Shown piece by piece: positions 44,689-55,831 of a DNA stretch of 64,000 nt; within the stretch, counting starts at the first letter, position 1; the number at the start of each line of letters is the position of its first letter. This DNA is from Candidatus Eiseniibacteriota bacterium (lineage in GTDB: Bacteria > Eisenbacteria > RBG-16-71-46): positions 2,368,001 through 2,432,000 of the forward strand of contig OY970342.1 in assembly GCA_963717505.1 (NCBI GenBank). Direction: 5' to 3'. Under the pieces are notes generated by a model. That model was not told where the DNA came from. It ran no database searches and saw nothing but the letters and a program-made list of their open reading frames with translations. Made by a program: the position numbers and the translations under genes.

Positions 44689-46881
44689 ATGAACGAGCAA
44701 AAAGAAACCCTCGATCTCGGAGGACAAACCCTCACGATCAGCACCGGGAAGATGGCGAAGCTCGCCGGCGGCTCGGCGGTCGTGCAGCTGGGCGACACCA
44801 TCGTTCTGGTCGCCACGAGCGCGGCCAAGTCTCCCACGCTGGGCCGGGACTTCGTCCCGCTCACCGTGGACTACCGCGAGCGCACCTACGCCGCGGGACG
44901 CATCCCGGGTGGCTTCTTCAAGCGCGAAGGCCGGCCGACCGAGAAGGAAGTCCTGAGTTCACGGCTCAGCGACCGGCCGATCCGTCCGTTGTTCTCGAAG
45001 AACTTCCCCTACGAAACCCAGATCATGGCTACGGTCATGTCTTCGGACCAGGAGAACGACGCCGACGTGCTGGCGCTGATCGGCGCCTCGGCATCGATCA
45101 ACCTGTCCGACATTCCGTTCCCTGAGCCGGTGGCAGGCGTTCGCGTCGGGCGGGTCAACGGCGAGTTCGTGATCATGCCGACGGTCAGCCAGCTCGACGA
45201 GAGCGACATGGACATCATCGTCGCCGGCACCGCCGACAACATCATCATGGTCGAGGGTGGCACTCGTGAAATCAGCGAGCAGGACCTGATCGCCGCCCTC
45301 GAGTTCGCGATGGAGCACATCCGACGCATCGTCGACGCGCAGCGCAAGCTGATGGCGCGCTGCGGCAAGACCAAGCGGCCGACGCTGACGCCGACCGATG
45401 TCTCCGAGCTGCGCAACCGTCTCGAGTCGTCGTATCGCGACCGCCTGCGCCAGGCCATCCGGATCCCGGCCAAGGAGGCGCGCCAGGAGGAGATCGACCG
45501 GATCCGTGAGGAAGCGGTCGCCGCGTTGGCGGAGAGTTTCCCCGATCAGGGCCCGTACGTCGGCAAGATCCTTCACGACGTCGAGCGCGACGAGATGCGC
45601 AACATGGTCCTGGTCGAGGGCGTGCGCGCCGACGGCCGCGGACTCAACGACATCCGGCCGATCACCATCGAGGTCGGAGCCCTGCCGCGTACTCACGGCT
45701 CATGCCTCTTCACCCGCGGCGAGACCCAGGCAATGGCCGTGGCGACGCTCGGGACCAAGAGCGACGAGCAGCGGGTCGAGGAGCTGGAAGGGCAGTCGTG
45801 GAAGTCGTACATGCTGCACTACAACTTCCCGCCGTTCAGCGTCGGTGAGGTGCGGCCGATTCGCGGCCCGGGCCGGCGCGAGATCGGACACGGTGCGCTG
45901 GCCGAGCGTTCGATCGAGCCGGTGATCCCGGCCGAGGGCCAGTTCCCCTACACCATCCGCATCGTCAGCGACATCCTCGAGTCCAACGGCAGCTCGTCGA
46001 TGGCGACGGTGTGCGCCGGAGCCATGGCGCTCATGGACGCGGGGGTGCCGATCAAGTCGCCGGTCGCGGGCATCGCGATGGGCCTGATCAAGGAAGGCGA
46101 CAAGGTCGCCGTGCTCACCGACATCCTCGGCGTCGAAGATCATCTCGGCGACATGGACTTCAAGGTGACCGGCACCCGCGAGGGCGTCACCGCCTTCCAG
46201 ATGGACACCAAGATCGGTGGCATCTCGTTCCAGGTGCTGGGCGAAGCACTCGACCGCGCGCGCCAGGGGCGGCTGTTCATTCTCGACAAGATGGCGCAAA
46301 CCCTGTCCGCGCCGCGTTCCGAGATGTCGCCGTTCGCACCGCGGATCACGATCATCACCATCCACCCGGACAAGATCCGCGAAGTCATCGGACCGGGGGG
46401 CAAGATCATCAAGCGCATCACCGAGGAGACCGGTTGTCAGATCGACATCGACGACAGCGGCGAGGTTCGCATTGCCGCGGTCAATGTCGAAGGCAGTCGG
46501 CGCGCCGAGGAGATGATCCGCAACATCACCGAGGATCCGGAGCCCGGCCGCGTCTACCAGGGCAAGGTCCGCAGCGTGGTCACGTTCGGAGCGTTCATCG
46601 AGATCGTTCCGGGCCGCGACGGCCTGCTGCACATTTCGGAGATCGACCACCATCGCATCGCCCGCACTGAGGACGTGCTCAACGTCGGCGACATGGTGAT
46701 GGTCAAGGTGATCGGAGTCGATCGGGACGGCAAGATCCGCCTGTCGCGCAAGGCGCTCCTGCCGGAGCCGGAAGGCGTGGTCGCGGGATCCGGCGGTCGC
46801 GAGGACTATCCTCCTCGTGGCGGCGATCGGGATCGTGACCGTGGCGGTCGCGACCGGGATCGGGGACGCGGGCGACGCTAA
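44689..46881 (+). CDS. pnp: Polyribonucleotide nucleotidyltransferase
   Basis: GRIPGGFFKREGRP, FTRGETQ, LHYNFPPFS, ESNGSSSMA, KH and S1 domains; RDR-rich tail. Confidence 0.97.
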   Translation: MNEQKETLDLGGQTLTISTGKMAKLAGGSAVVQLGDTIVLVATSAAKSPTLGRDFVPLTVDYRERTYAAGRIPGGFFKREGRPTEKEVLSSRLSDRPIRPLFSKNFPYETQIMATVMSSDQENDADVLALIGASASINLSDIPFPEPVAGVRVGRVNGEFVIMPTVSQLDESDMDIIVAGTADNIIMVEGGTREISEQDLIAALEFAMEHIRRIVDAQRKLMARCGKTKRPTLTPTDVSELRNRLESSYRDRLRQAIRIPAKEARQEEIDRIREEAVAALAESFPDQGPYVGKILHDVERDEMRNMVLVEGVRADGRGLNDIRPITIEVGALPRTHGSCLFTRGETQAMAVATLGTKSDEQRVEELEGQSWKSYMLHYNFPPFSVGEVRPIRGPGRREIGHGALAERSIEPVIPAEGQFPYTIRIVSDILESNGSSSMATVCAGAMALMDAGVPIKSPVAGIAMGLIKEGDKVAVLTDILGVEDHLGDMDFKVTGTREGVTAFQMDTKIGGISFQVLGEALDRARQGRLFILDKMAQTLSAPRSEMSPFAPRITIITIHPDKIREVIGPGGKIIKRITEETGCQIDIDDSGEVRIAAVNVEGSRRAEEMIRNITEDPEPGRVYQGKVRSVVTFGAFIEIVPGRDGLLHISEIDHHRIARTEDVLNVGDMVMVKVIGVDRDGKIRLSRKALLPEPEGVVAGSGGREDYPPRGGDRDRDRGGRDRDRGRGRR

Positions 46882-46912
46882 TCCGCGACCTCGAGTCTGA
46901 AGTGGTGTACGC

Positions 46913-46945
46913 GCGTGGCAGGGCAACCTGCCACGCCGTATTTTC
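46913..46945 (+). terminator. Intrinsic terminator after pnp
   Basis: 10-bp stem GCGTGGCAGG-GCAA-CCTGCCACGC followed by CGTATTTTC. Confidence 0.65.
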
Positions 46946-46963
46946 AGGCCAGGGACGAGTGAC

Positions 46964-48250
46964 GTGACCACGACCAAGCCAACGGAAACCATCGAGCTGG
47001 CCCCCGGGATCCGGCGGTCCGTGCTGCCGTCCGGACTCACCGTGCTGTCCGAGACCATTCCCGACCGGCATTCGGTTTCGGTCGGGACCTGGGTGAAGAG
47101 CGGCGCTCGCGACGAGCCGAACGAGCGGCTCGGCGTGTCGCATTTCATCGAGCACATGTTGTTCAAGGGCACCGAGCGCCGCGACGCGCGGGCGATCGCC
47201 CAGAGCCTGGAGTCGCTCGGCGGCCATCTCGACGCCTTCACCGGCCGCGAGCAGGTCTGCTACTACGCCCGCGCCCTGGCCGAGCACCTGCCACAAGTAG
47301 TCGACGTGCTCGCCGACCTGGTGTCGCGGCCGCGCTTCGCACCGGCCGACGTGACCCGCGAACAATCGGTGGTGCGTGAGGAGATCCTCGCCGCCGAAGA
47401 CAACCCCGAGGACAAGGCTTCGGAGCTGTTGAGTGGACAGGTGTGGGGCGACCACCCGCTCGGTCGTCCGATCCTGGGCACGCTCGAAACCGTGGCGGCG
47501 CTCGACGCGGGATCGATTCGCGAGTACTACGCCCACCGCTATCGGCCGCAAGAGCTGGTGCTGATCGGCGCCGGGGGCTTCGAGCACGAACAGCTGGTCG
47601 ACCTGGCCGAGACGGCCTATGGCTTGCCGGACGGTTCGCCCCGCAAGCCGCCGGCGGGACCCGGAGCGTTCGCTCCCGAGGTGCGCTACAGCGTGCGTCC
47701 CGAGCTCCAGCAGCTCTATTTGTCGCTCGGCACCCGCACCATTCCCTATGCGCACGAGCAGCGTACCGCGCTCGTGGTGTTGAGCACGCTGCTCGGGGGT
47801 GGCATGAGTTCGCGACTGTTCCAGAGCGTGCGCGAAGAGGCCGGGCTCGCCTACTCCGTCTATTCGGCGGCCGACTTCTTCACCGACTGCGGAATGCTCT
47901 CGATCCATCTCGGCGTGTCGCCCGACCGCGGCGCCGAGGCGCTGGCCCTGGTCCGGAACGAGCTCGAGGCCCTGGCGGAGCGAGGGCCCGGGGCCGACGA
48001 AGTCGCCGACGTCCGCCGCCAGCTGCGCGGCAGCATCCTGATCGGGGCCGAGAGCGTCTCCGGGCGCATGTACCACCTGGCCCACGAGGAGATGTACGCC
48101 GAGCGCTTCACCACCCAAATGGAGCACGTGACGCGGGTCGAGGCGGTGACGGTCGAGCAGGTGGCCGAGGTCGCGCGCCGCTATCTGTCGCCGGGCGGAT
48201 TCACGCTCGCGGCGCTGGGGCCGGAGAGCTCACGGAACTTGAGCTGGTAG
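46964..48250 (+). CDS. M16 (pitrilysin) family peptidase
   Basis: HFIEHMLFKGT, LGGGMSSRLFQSVREEAGLAYSV; usual position after pnp. Confidence 0.92.
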   Translation: MTTTKPTETIELAPGIRRSVLPSGLTVLSETIPDRHSVSVGTWVKSGARDEPNERLGVSHFIEHMLFKGTERRDARAIAQSLESLGGHLDAFTGREQVCYYARALAEHLPQVVDVLADLVSRPRFAPADVTREQSVVREEILAAEDNPEDKASELLSGQVWGDHPLGRPILGTLETVAALDAGSIREYYAHRYRPQELVLIGAGGFEHEQLVDLAETAYGLPDGSPRKPPAGPGAFAPEVRYSVRPELQQLYLSLGTRTIPYAHEQRTALVVLSTLLGGGMSSRLFQSVREEAGLAYSVYSAADFFTDCGMLSIHLGVSPDRGAEALALVRNELEALAERGPGADEVADVRRQLRGSILIGAESVSGRMYHLAHEEMYAERFTTQMEHVTRVEAVTVEQVAEVARRYLSPGGFTLAALGPESSRNLSW

Positions 48251-48297
48251 TTCCCGGTCGGCCGCGGACCCCCGCATCCGCGCGGTACCGCCGAAAC

Positions 48298-49510
48298 TCA
48301 ATACGCGAACCCCGCCTCTTTCATCCTGTTCGTCGCCTCGCGCAACCGCTCCTCGGTCACGCACAGCGCGATCCGCACGTAGCCCTCGCCGGATTTGCCG
48401 AACCCCGAGCCCGGTGCCACCACCACGCCGGTCTTGTCCAGCAAGTCCTTGGTGAACTCCATCGAGCTCGTGTACCGGCGTGGGATCGGCAGCCACACGT
48501 AGAGCGATGCGAGCGGTGTCGGCACCGGGTAGCCGAGCGGGCGCACCCCCTCGAGGAACACGTCGCGACGCTTGCGGTAGATCGCCGAGACCTCGGCGCA
48601 GTAGTCCTGCGGGCCCAAGAGCACCGCGGCCGCCGCGCGCTGGATCGCCATGAACACACCGAAGTCCATGTTCGATTTGATCTTGGTCAGGTTGGCGATC
48701 GCATCGCGGTTTCCGGCGGCGAACGCCACGCGCCAGCCCGGCATCGAGTAACTCTTGGAGAACGAGTGGAACTCGATCGTACGCTCCTTGTCGCGGTCGA
48801 ACTCGAGGAACGAGCGCGCGCGGTAGGAGGGATCGAGCGACAGGTCGCAATAGGCGATGTCCGAGACCACGAACAGGTCGTGCTCGCGTGCGTAGCGCAG
48901 GACTTCCTCGTAGAACGCAAGCGTTTCGACGCCGCCGGTCGGGTTGCCGGGGAAGTTGATGCACAGGATCTTCGCCCGGCGCGCGTCCTCGACCGGGATC
49001 GCCTTCAGATCGGGGCGGAATTCGTTCTTGGCGGTCAACGGCACTTCGACGACGCGCAGCTGCGCGATCGCGGCGACGCCGATGTAGGCCGGGTAGCAGG
49101 GCGCGCACTGGAGGATGGTGTCGCCGGGGTTGAAGTGCGCCAGGAAGAACTTGGCGATGCCTTCCTTGGAGCCGACCAGCGCCATGGCCTCGGACGCGGG
49201 GTCGACTTCGACCCCGAAACGATTCGCGTACCACGTCGAGATCGCGGCCCGGTACTCGGGCAGGCCGTTGAAGCTCGGATAGCGGTGGTTCTGGATGGCC
49301 GGGTCGTCCAGGGCCGCCTTCAGGGCCTCGACGGCGTGCTGCCGGAGGACGCATGTCGGGATTCCCCACCCCGAGGTCGATAACATCCACGCCCTGCCGC
49401 AGCTTTTCGTCGCGATCCTGAAACACTTTGGCCAGGGCATAGGGCGGAAGGTTCAGGAGTCGTTCAGAAGGCCCAAGTGTGGGTTTGACAGCCGATTGGC
49501 TCGTGGACAT
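48298..49510 (-). CDS. Class I/II PLP aminotransferase, LL-DAP aminotransferase-like (frameshift near 49340)
   Basis: LPPYALA, DLGVGNPD, NFPGNPTG, DIAY, SFSKSYSMPGWRV, GEGYVRIAL. Confidence 0.85.
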
Positions 49511-49513
49511 AGT
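49485..49513 (+). promoter_or_regulatory. Putative sigma70 promoter of the DUF3108/glycosylation operon, overlapping the divergent aminotransferase start
   Basis: TTGACA-N17-CATAGT. Confidence 0.55.
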
Positions 49514-49568
49514 GGCCTTTCCCCATGGCCGTGGAAGGACGGCACCGCTATTGCGTAGCTTCATCACC

Positions 49569-50452
49569 ATGATGAATGCGACGAGTCATTCTAGGAGCCG
49601 GGGGCGCTCGAAGCCAAGCCTGTTCCTGCCGGCGGTGTTCCTGCTGGCCCTCGCGGTCTATGCGCTCGCTGCCCGTGCCGCGGACGACGACGAAGTCGAG
49701 GCTCCTCCCGACTCGGCCGACATCGCCCTGGACGCCACCATCTCACGGCCTCCGGACGGCGTGATCGAGGTGTTGCCCGAGGTTCCGGTCCCCTTCAAGC
49801 AGGGCGAGTCCCTCAAGTTCAGCGTCCAGTACGGCGTCATCCACGCCGGAACGGCGTGGCTCGAAGTGCCCGAGGAGAAGAAGGTCAAAGGCCGGCCGAC
49901 GCTGATCGCTGCTGGCGCGCGCCGAATCGAACAAGTTCTTCAGCGTGTTCTACAAGGTGCGCAATCGGATCGAGTCGACCTGGGATCGCGAGGAGCAGTC
50001 CAGCCTGCGCTACACCGAGAATCGGCGCGAGGGCGGCCACAAGGCGCGCAGCGAAATCAACTTCGACTACGGCATCCACCAGGCGCACTACGACAACGGC
50101 CAGACCTACCCGATCCCGCCGCAGGTCCAGGACGCCCTGTCGTCGTTCTACTTCACGCGCTACCAGGCGCTGCCGGTCGGCGGCAGCATCGTCTTCGACT
50201 ATCATGCCAGCCGGAAGACCAAGCCGCTCGAGGTCCGAGTGCTCGGGCGCGAGCAGATCAAGACTCCGGCCGGGACGTTCGACTGCGTGGCCCTCGAGCC
50301 GATTCTCAAGGCCGGTGGCATCTTCAAGAAAACGGGGCGACTCGTGATCTGGATCACCGACGACGAACGACGCATGCCGGTGCTCATGAAGAGCAAGGTC
50401 GTCGATCGGCTCGATCAGCGTGATCCTGCAGGAAGCCAGGCCGGGCGCCTGA
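49569..50452 (+). CDS. DUF3108-like secreted/outer-membrane protein (frameshifts near 49908 and 50402)
   Basis: PFKQGESLKFSVQYGVIHAG, FYKVRNR, QDALSSFY..R, GREQIKTPAGTFDC, IWITDDERRMPV. Confidence 0.75.
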
Positions 50453-51419
50453 TGGGACGTTACCCCGAGGCCGACTTCTCACGGCTCGCCGTGGGTCGAG
50501 TTTCCGATCGCCCGACCAAGGTCTCGGTCGAGGATTTCGCCCGTCCGCTCGATCCGGCTCACGCCGAGGCGGTGCTCGCGTCCCTGCCGCGCCAGCTCGC
50601 GGCCGAGTCGCTGCGCGAGGTGGTCGAGCGCACGATCGCCGCGCGCCAAGCCGGCCGGCCGGTGTTCGCGATGTGCGGCGGACACGTGATCAAGGTCGGC
50701 GTCACCCCGTGTCTGATCGCGCTCGTCGAGCGCGGGCTCCTGACCCACTTCGTGATGAACGGCGCCGCGGCGATCCACGACGTCGAGATCGCGCTCACCG
50801 GCCGCACCTCCGAGGACGTCGAGGCCCATCTGCACCAGGGCACGATTCGGCATGGTCGACGAGACCGGCGACTTCATGAACGGCGCGATGATCGACGGCC
50901 GCGACGCGCGGCGAGGGACTCGGCGAGTGCTGGGGCCGAGCACTGGTCGAAGCGCAAGGCGCCGCATCGCCGACGTCAGCCTGCTGGCCGACGGCCTACG
51001 CGCGCTCGCTGCCGGCCACGGTTCATGTCGCGATCGGCACCGACACGATCCACCATCATCCGCGCTGCGACGGTGCGGCGCTCGGCGAGACCACGCTGCG
51101 CGATTTCCGGATCCTGGCGGCGGCGATGGCCGAGGCGCGCGGTGCGGTGGTGCTCAACTTCGGCTCGGCGGTGCTGCTGCCCGAGGTATTTCTCAAGGCA
51201 TTGTCGGTCGCGCGCAATCTCGGCGCGGATCTCTCGGGGTTGACCACGGTCAACTTCGACCAGATCCAGCACTATCGGCCGCGCGTGAACGTGGTCGAGC
51301 GCCCGACCAAGGCGCCCGGGGCGCGCGGCTTCGCGATCACCGGCCACCACGAGATCATGGTGCCGTTGTTCGCCGGCTGTCTGCTGGCGCGGGCGAGCGC
51401 CGTCGGGCTCGAGCCGTGA
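50452..51419 (+). CDS. Conserved hypothetical protein, GSU2086-like / deoxyhypusine-synthase-like fold (frameshifted)
   Basis: GGHVIKVG, MNGAAAIHDVEIA..G.TSEDV, AIGTDTIH, GSAVLLPEVFLKALS, GHHEIM. Confidence 0.65.
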
Positions 51420-51446
51420 CTTCCCGGGACGGTCGGCCGCGTCCTG

Positions 51447-52130
51447 GTGGTGATCCCGGCGCTCAACGAAGAGGCGAGCCTGTCGCGCACCCTCGCCGAG
51501 GTTCGCTCGAGTGCGCCGGGCTACGACATCCTGGTGGTCGACGACGGCTCGCAGGATCGGACTTCCGAAGTTGCCCGCAGCACCGGTGTCGCGGTGGTGC
51601 GACATCCCTTCAACCTGGGCGTCGGTGCCGCTCTCCAGACCGGCTTTCGCTGGGCGCTCGCCAACGGATACGCGATCGCCGTCCAGCTCGATGCCGACGG
51701 CCAGCACGATCCACGCTTCCTGGACGCCCTGATCGAACCGGTTCGCTCGGGCGCCTGCGACGTAGCGATCGGCTCACGCTACGTCGAGTCGACCGGCTAT
51801 CACGCCCCGATCCTTCGCCGACTCGGCATGCTGCTGTTCGCGTTCGTGGTGCGGCTGGCGGTCGGCCAGCGAATCGCCGATACCACTTCGGGATTTCGCG
51901 CCTACGGCCGTTCGGTGCTCGAGGTCTGCCAGCACGACTTCCCGCGCGACTTCCCCGACGCGCCGCTCCTGATCGCGCTCGCGCGCCGCGGATTTCGGCT
52001 GCTCGAAGTACCGGTGGTCATGCGCGAGCGCCAGGCGGGGCGTTCCTTCTACACTCTGGGCAAGTCGCTCTACTACCCGTACAAGAACCTGGTCGCATCG
52101 CTCATGGCGTGGATCCAGCACCGTCCCTGA
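51447..52130 (+). CDS. Glycosyltransferase family 2 (true start probably near 51416)
   Basis: IPALNEE, VVDDGSQD, NLGVGAALQTG, DADGQH, DTTSGFRA. Confidence 0.88.
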   Translation: MVIPALNEEASLSRTLAEVRSSAPGYDILVVDDGSQDRTSEVARSTGVAVVRHPFNLGVGAALQTGFRWALANGYAIAVQLDADGQHDPRFLDALIEPVRSGACDVAIGSRYVESTGYHAPILRRLGMLLFAFVVRLAVGQRIADTTSGFRAYGRSVLEVCQHDFPRDFPDAPLLIALARRGFRLLEVPVVMRERQAGRSFYTLGKSLYYPYKNLVASLMAWIQHRP

Positions 52131-52175
52131 TCGGACGCCCCGGGCCGCTGGGCCCGGTGTCGTCGTGGAGGTCCC

Positions 52176-52544
52176 ATGGAGTTCCTGTCGCGCACTCAGG
52201 TCATCATCGCATTCGCGTCGGTCGGTCTCGCGCTCTACGTGCTCGACCTGGTGCGGCGCCGCAAGCTGTCCGAGGAGTATTCGCTGCTCTGGGTCGGCGC
52301 CAGCCTGACCATCGCGTTCCTCGGCTTCGCGACCCCGGTGCTGCGCTTCCTGACGCGCGCGTTCGGCATGTTGTTCGAAAGCTCGACGGTGTTCGCGCTC
52401 GGCCTGGCGTTCGCGGTCGCCATGCTGTTGTTCCAGTCGGTCAAGCTCTCGCGACTCGGGCAGGAGAACCTGCTGCTGGCGCGCGAGCTGGCCCTGCTGC
52501 GCGAGCGCGTCGAACGGACCTCGGCCCCCCAGGGGAGCGCGTGA
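52176..52544 (+). CDS. DUF2304 family membrane protein
   Basis: LVRRRKLSEEYSLLW, three TM helices, SVKLSRL...LARELAL; follows a GT2 gene. Confidence 0.8.
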   Translation: MEFLSRTQVIIAFASVGLALYVLDLVRRRKLSEEYSLLWVGASLTIAFLGFATPVLRFLTRAFGMLFESSTVFALGLAFAVAMLLFQSVKLSRLGQENLLLARELALLRERVERTSAPQGSA

Positions 52545-53544
52545 GCGGACGCCTCAAGCTCGCGATCGGGATCGTCATCTCGGCCGTCTGCGTGTGGCTG
52601 TCGATGCGCGACGTGCGCATCGCCGAGGTCTGGGCGGCCCTGCTCCAGGCGCGGCCGCTGGGTGTCGTCGGCATCTTCTGCACCACGCTGGTCGGCTTCT
52701 GGATCCGGGCGTTTCGCTGGCGCTGGCTCCTGCCGCGCGAGAAGCCGGTCTCGCTCGACAGCCTGTACAGCGCCACCATGATCGGGTTCATGGCCAACAA
52801 CCTGTTGCCGCTCCGGCTCGGCGAGTTCGTGCGCGCCTGGGCGCTCGGCCGGCGCGAGAATCTGTCCAAGACTCGCGGTGTTCGCCACCGTGGTGGTCGA
52901 ACGAGTCGTCGACATGCTGACGCTGATCGCGATCCTCGGCATCGCGCTGCTGGTCCGCCCGCTGACCGAGGAGACCGAGGCCGGCCGCCTGATCCAGCTC
53001 GGCGCGCGCATCCTGGTGACGACCTGCGTCGGCGCTGACCGCGGTGATCGTGATCCTCGAGCACCAGCCCCGCCTGATGACCGCCGTGGTCCGATTTCTC
53101 ACGTCGCCACTTCCGGCCGGCGTGCGCGATCGCTCGCGCCACCTGATGGATCAGTTCCTGGAAGGGCTCGGACTGTTCCGCGACATTCCACGGCTGCTCT
53201 GGGTGTTCGTGCTGTCGTTCACCATGTTCGGCGTGGTCGTGCTCGGACTGCATGCGAGCCTGTGGGCGCTGCGCATCGACGTGCCCTGGTACGGCGGGCT
53301 CCTGATGCTGGTGATCACCGCGATCGGCATCATGGTGCCCGCGGCTCCGGGCTACATCGGCACCATGAACCTGGCGTGCATCGCCGGGCTCGCGCTGTTC
53401 GGCGTCGGCCGCGAGGCGGCGGTGCCGTTCTCGTGGCTCTACTGGGCGGGGCAGTGGATCCCGGTGACGTTGGTCGGGATCTACTACCTGAGGCGTGAGG
53501 GACTGTCGCTGCGTTCGCTCGGCGAAGCCACGCAAGCCACGTGA
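52541..53544 (+). CDS. Lysylphosphatidylglycerol-synthase TM / flippase-like protein (frameshifted)
   Basis: RAFRWRWLL, IGFMANNLLPLRLGEFVRA, VVERVVD, PAAPGYIG. Confidence 0.8.
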
Positions 53545-55116
53545 GCGAATCGGTGCCCGGGGCGCCGCCCACCGGCGGGCCGGCCGAAGGTTCAACGCCC
53601 GGCGCGCCGCCACGCGCTGGCGGACCGATCGATGGTCCAGCGCCCGGCGCGCCGCCGCCGGCGCCCGCGCGGTGCTGGTTCGCCATTCCGCCGGTTTTGC
53701 CCTGAGTCTCTATGTCGCGCGCGTGTTCATGCTCGCGCGTGGCTGGGCGGCGGCTCTCGCCACTCGGGCCTCACGGTTACGGGCTCTGGAACACCCTGAA
53801 TCTAATATTTGACTACGGCTCGTACGCATCGTTGGGGGCGGTCCAGGGGCTCGACCTGGAACTGCCGGCCGCCAACGCGCGCCGCGATGGTCCGCGCGCG
53901 CAGACGTTGATGCGCGGCGCCTGGTCGGTGATCGCGGTCGGCGCGATGGCGTTCAGCGTCGGGGTCGTGGCGTTACTCGCGCTCCGGCCGCAGATGGCCG
54001 AGCTTGCCGGCGCCGGGGCTCGTCGGACTGATGTTGCTGGCCGCACTGCTCCAGCTCGCGTTCCAGTATCACGCCGCAGCACTGCGCGCCGCCGGACGCG
54101 TGCCCGCGGTGAGTGCGGCGCAGGCGGTGCAGGCGGTGGCCGGCGCGGGTCTCGGGCTGGCGCTGGTCTGGAGCCAGGGTTTGTGGGGACTGCTCTACGG
54201 CTGGATCGCAGGCACGCTGCTGGCGCTCGCGCTCATGCGACGCGATGGCCCCGACGTGCCGCTGATCCCGGGAGACTGGCGCGAAGGTGTGGCACTGGCG
54301 CGCATCGGGTTTCCCGTGTTCGCGTTCTACGTCGCGTCGTTGGTGCTGCGCTCGGTCGATCGTCTGGCGCTCGTTCGATTTGGCACTGCCGAGACGCTCG
54401 GTCTCTACAGTCTGGGGTTGATGGTCACCGGTTCGCTGCTGCACCTGCCCGAGTCTGCCGCGTTCGTGCTGTTCCCGCGGGTGGCGGCCGCGTATCGCGC
54501 CGGCGCCGACGTCGAGGCGGTGCGATCGTTGGTGTTGCGCACCCAGCGCGTGATCGTGGCGTTCATGCCGCTGGTGGTCGGGCTCGCGATGATATGGACC
54601 GGCCCGGTGGTCGAAGCTCTGCTGCCCGACTATCGAGGCGGCGTGCGCGCGATCCAGATGCTGTGTATCGCGGCCATGGTGTTGTCGACCGCGACCGTGC
54701 CCAGTTATTTCTTGCTTGGGTCGGGAGATCAAAAGAAAGTTCTCCTGCTCGGCGTGATCGCCGCGGCGTTGGCGGCGGTGATCGTGTTTCGCGCGGCATC
54801 GATTCGCCCGGACCCATTGGGAGTGGCCACGGCCGCGACCATGGGCTACGGATGTTTCGTCGGTCCGGTGCTGATCCTGGCGTCGATCCGGCTGTGCCAG
54901 GGCATCGCGTCGCGGGTGGGATTCGTCGCGCTCAGTCTGCTGCCGCCGGCGCTGCTCGCGGGATTCGCGTTGGTGCTGCTGCACGTCGCACCGGGGCAGG
55001 GCGCAATGAGATCGCTGATGGGAACCCTATTCTTCCTGCTGATCGGCGTGCCGGCCGCGTTCGGAGTCCTTCGCGGCGCGGCACGCCGCCGCGCCCCTAG
55101 TGATAGCGGGCCTTGA
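53541..55116 (+). CDS. Wzx-type oligosaccharide flippase (frameshifted)
   Basis: LGP.GYGLW, many TM helices, VDRLAL....LGLYSLG, VLFPRV. Confidence 0.72.
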
Positions 55117-55744
55117 GCCTGCCCCAGGAGGTCGGGACCACCGGCGTGGTCCTGTCCTGCAGGACATAGCTCCCCTGGTAGACCCAATCGTTCTCGTTAC
55201 CACCACCTCCGTCGGACGCCATCCCCGAGAAGTAGAAGTGAATGCTGCCGGTTTCCTGGGCCGGCGCCGTCCACTGGAACTGCCAGGTCACCGGGGACGC
55301 TTCACCTTCGTGGTTCTGCGTTCCAACCTCGATGTATTGCCGCGTCGAGAAGGCATTGCGGCCGGTCGTGATCGTCGTGCCCTGCCCCGTCATGTTGGCG
55401 AAAGTCCCGATGCCGGAGCCATTCACGGGATCGACCGCCGTGATCTGGAAGCCCCACCTTCTTCCGCTGTTGGACGCAGTCTGATTGGATGCCACCTGCA
55501 AGGTCAGCGTATAGGTGGTGCCCGCGCTGTAGTAGGTGGGCGGGTCAATCAGGGACACCGAGCCACCGAGGTTGACCGAGAATGAATCATGGCAGTCCAT
55601 GCAAAGACCCTCGGCGGGCGTCGACCCCACCGCCGGTGCACCAGTTCTGCTCCGCGGCGGACTCCCGTCGTCGACCACGGCTGCGACGACCCCGAACATC
55701 AGGAAGAGGGAAGCCCCAAGGCGAGCCAAAATACGGAGTCTCAT
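55097..55744 (-). CDS. Secreted choice-of-anchor V / reeler-like protein with CxxCH and C-terminal SWGRLKARYH motif
   Basis: Signal peptide; TGAP...EGLCMDCH; GFQITA; WQFQWTAP; AGGAGG RBS at 55751-55756. Confidence 0.72.
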   Translation of the reverse strand: MRLRILARLGASLFLMFGVVAAVVDDGSPPRSRTGAPAVGSTPAEGLCMDCHDSFSVNLGGSVSLIDPPTYYSAGTTYTLTLQVASNQTASNSGRRWGFQITAVDPVNGSGIGTFANMTGQGTTITTGRNAFSTRQYIEVGTQNHEGEASPVTWQFQWTAPAQETGSIHFYFSGMASDGGGGNENDWVYQGSYVLQDRTTPVVPTSWGRLKARYH

Positions 55745-55816
55745 CGCAGTCCTCCTTCGGTGAACACGCAAAGCTGCGCGACCTAGACTCTTTCCGCCTG
55801 CGTTTCGCTGCAATTC

Positions 55817-55831
55817 GCAATCGTCGTGCCA
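55817..55831 (-). promoter_or_regulatory. Sigma54 -24/-12 promoter
   Basis: Minus strand TGGCAC-GACGA-TTGC, exact consensus, about 70 nt upstream of the ATG at 55744. Confidence 0.8.

Noticed and set aside
49300-54020. Frameshifts across the aminotransferase, DUF3108 and flippase genes (also ribF at about 42741)
   Set aside because: Same error signature; no slippery or phase-variable tracts seen.
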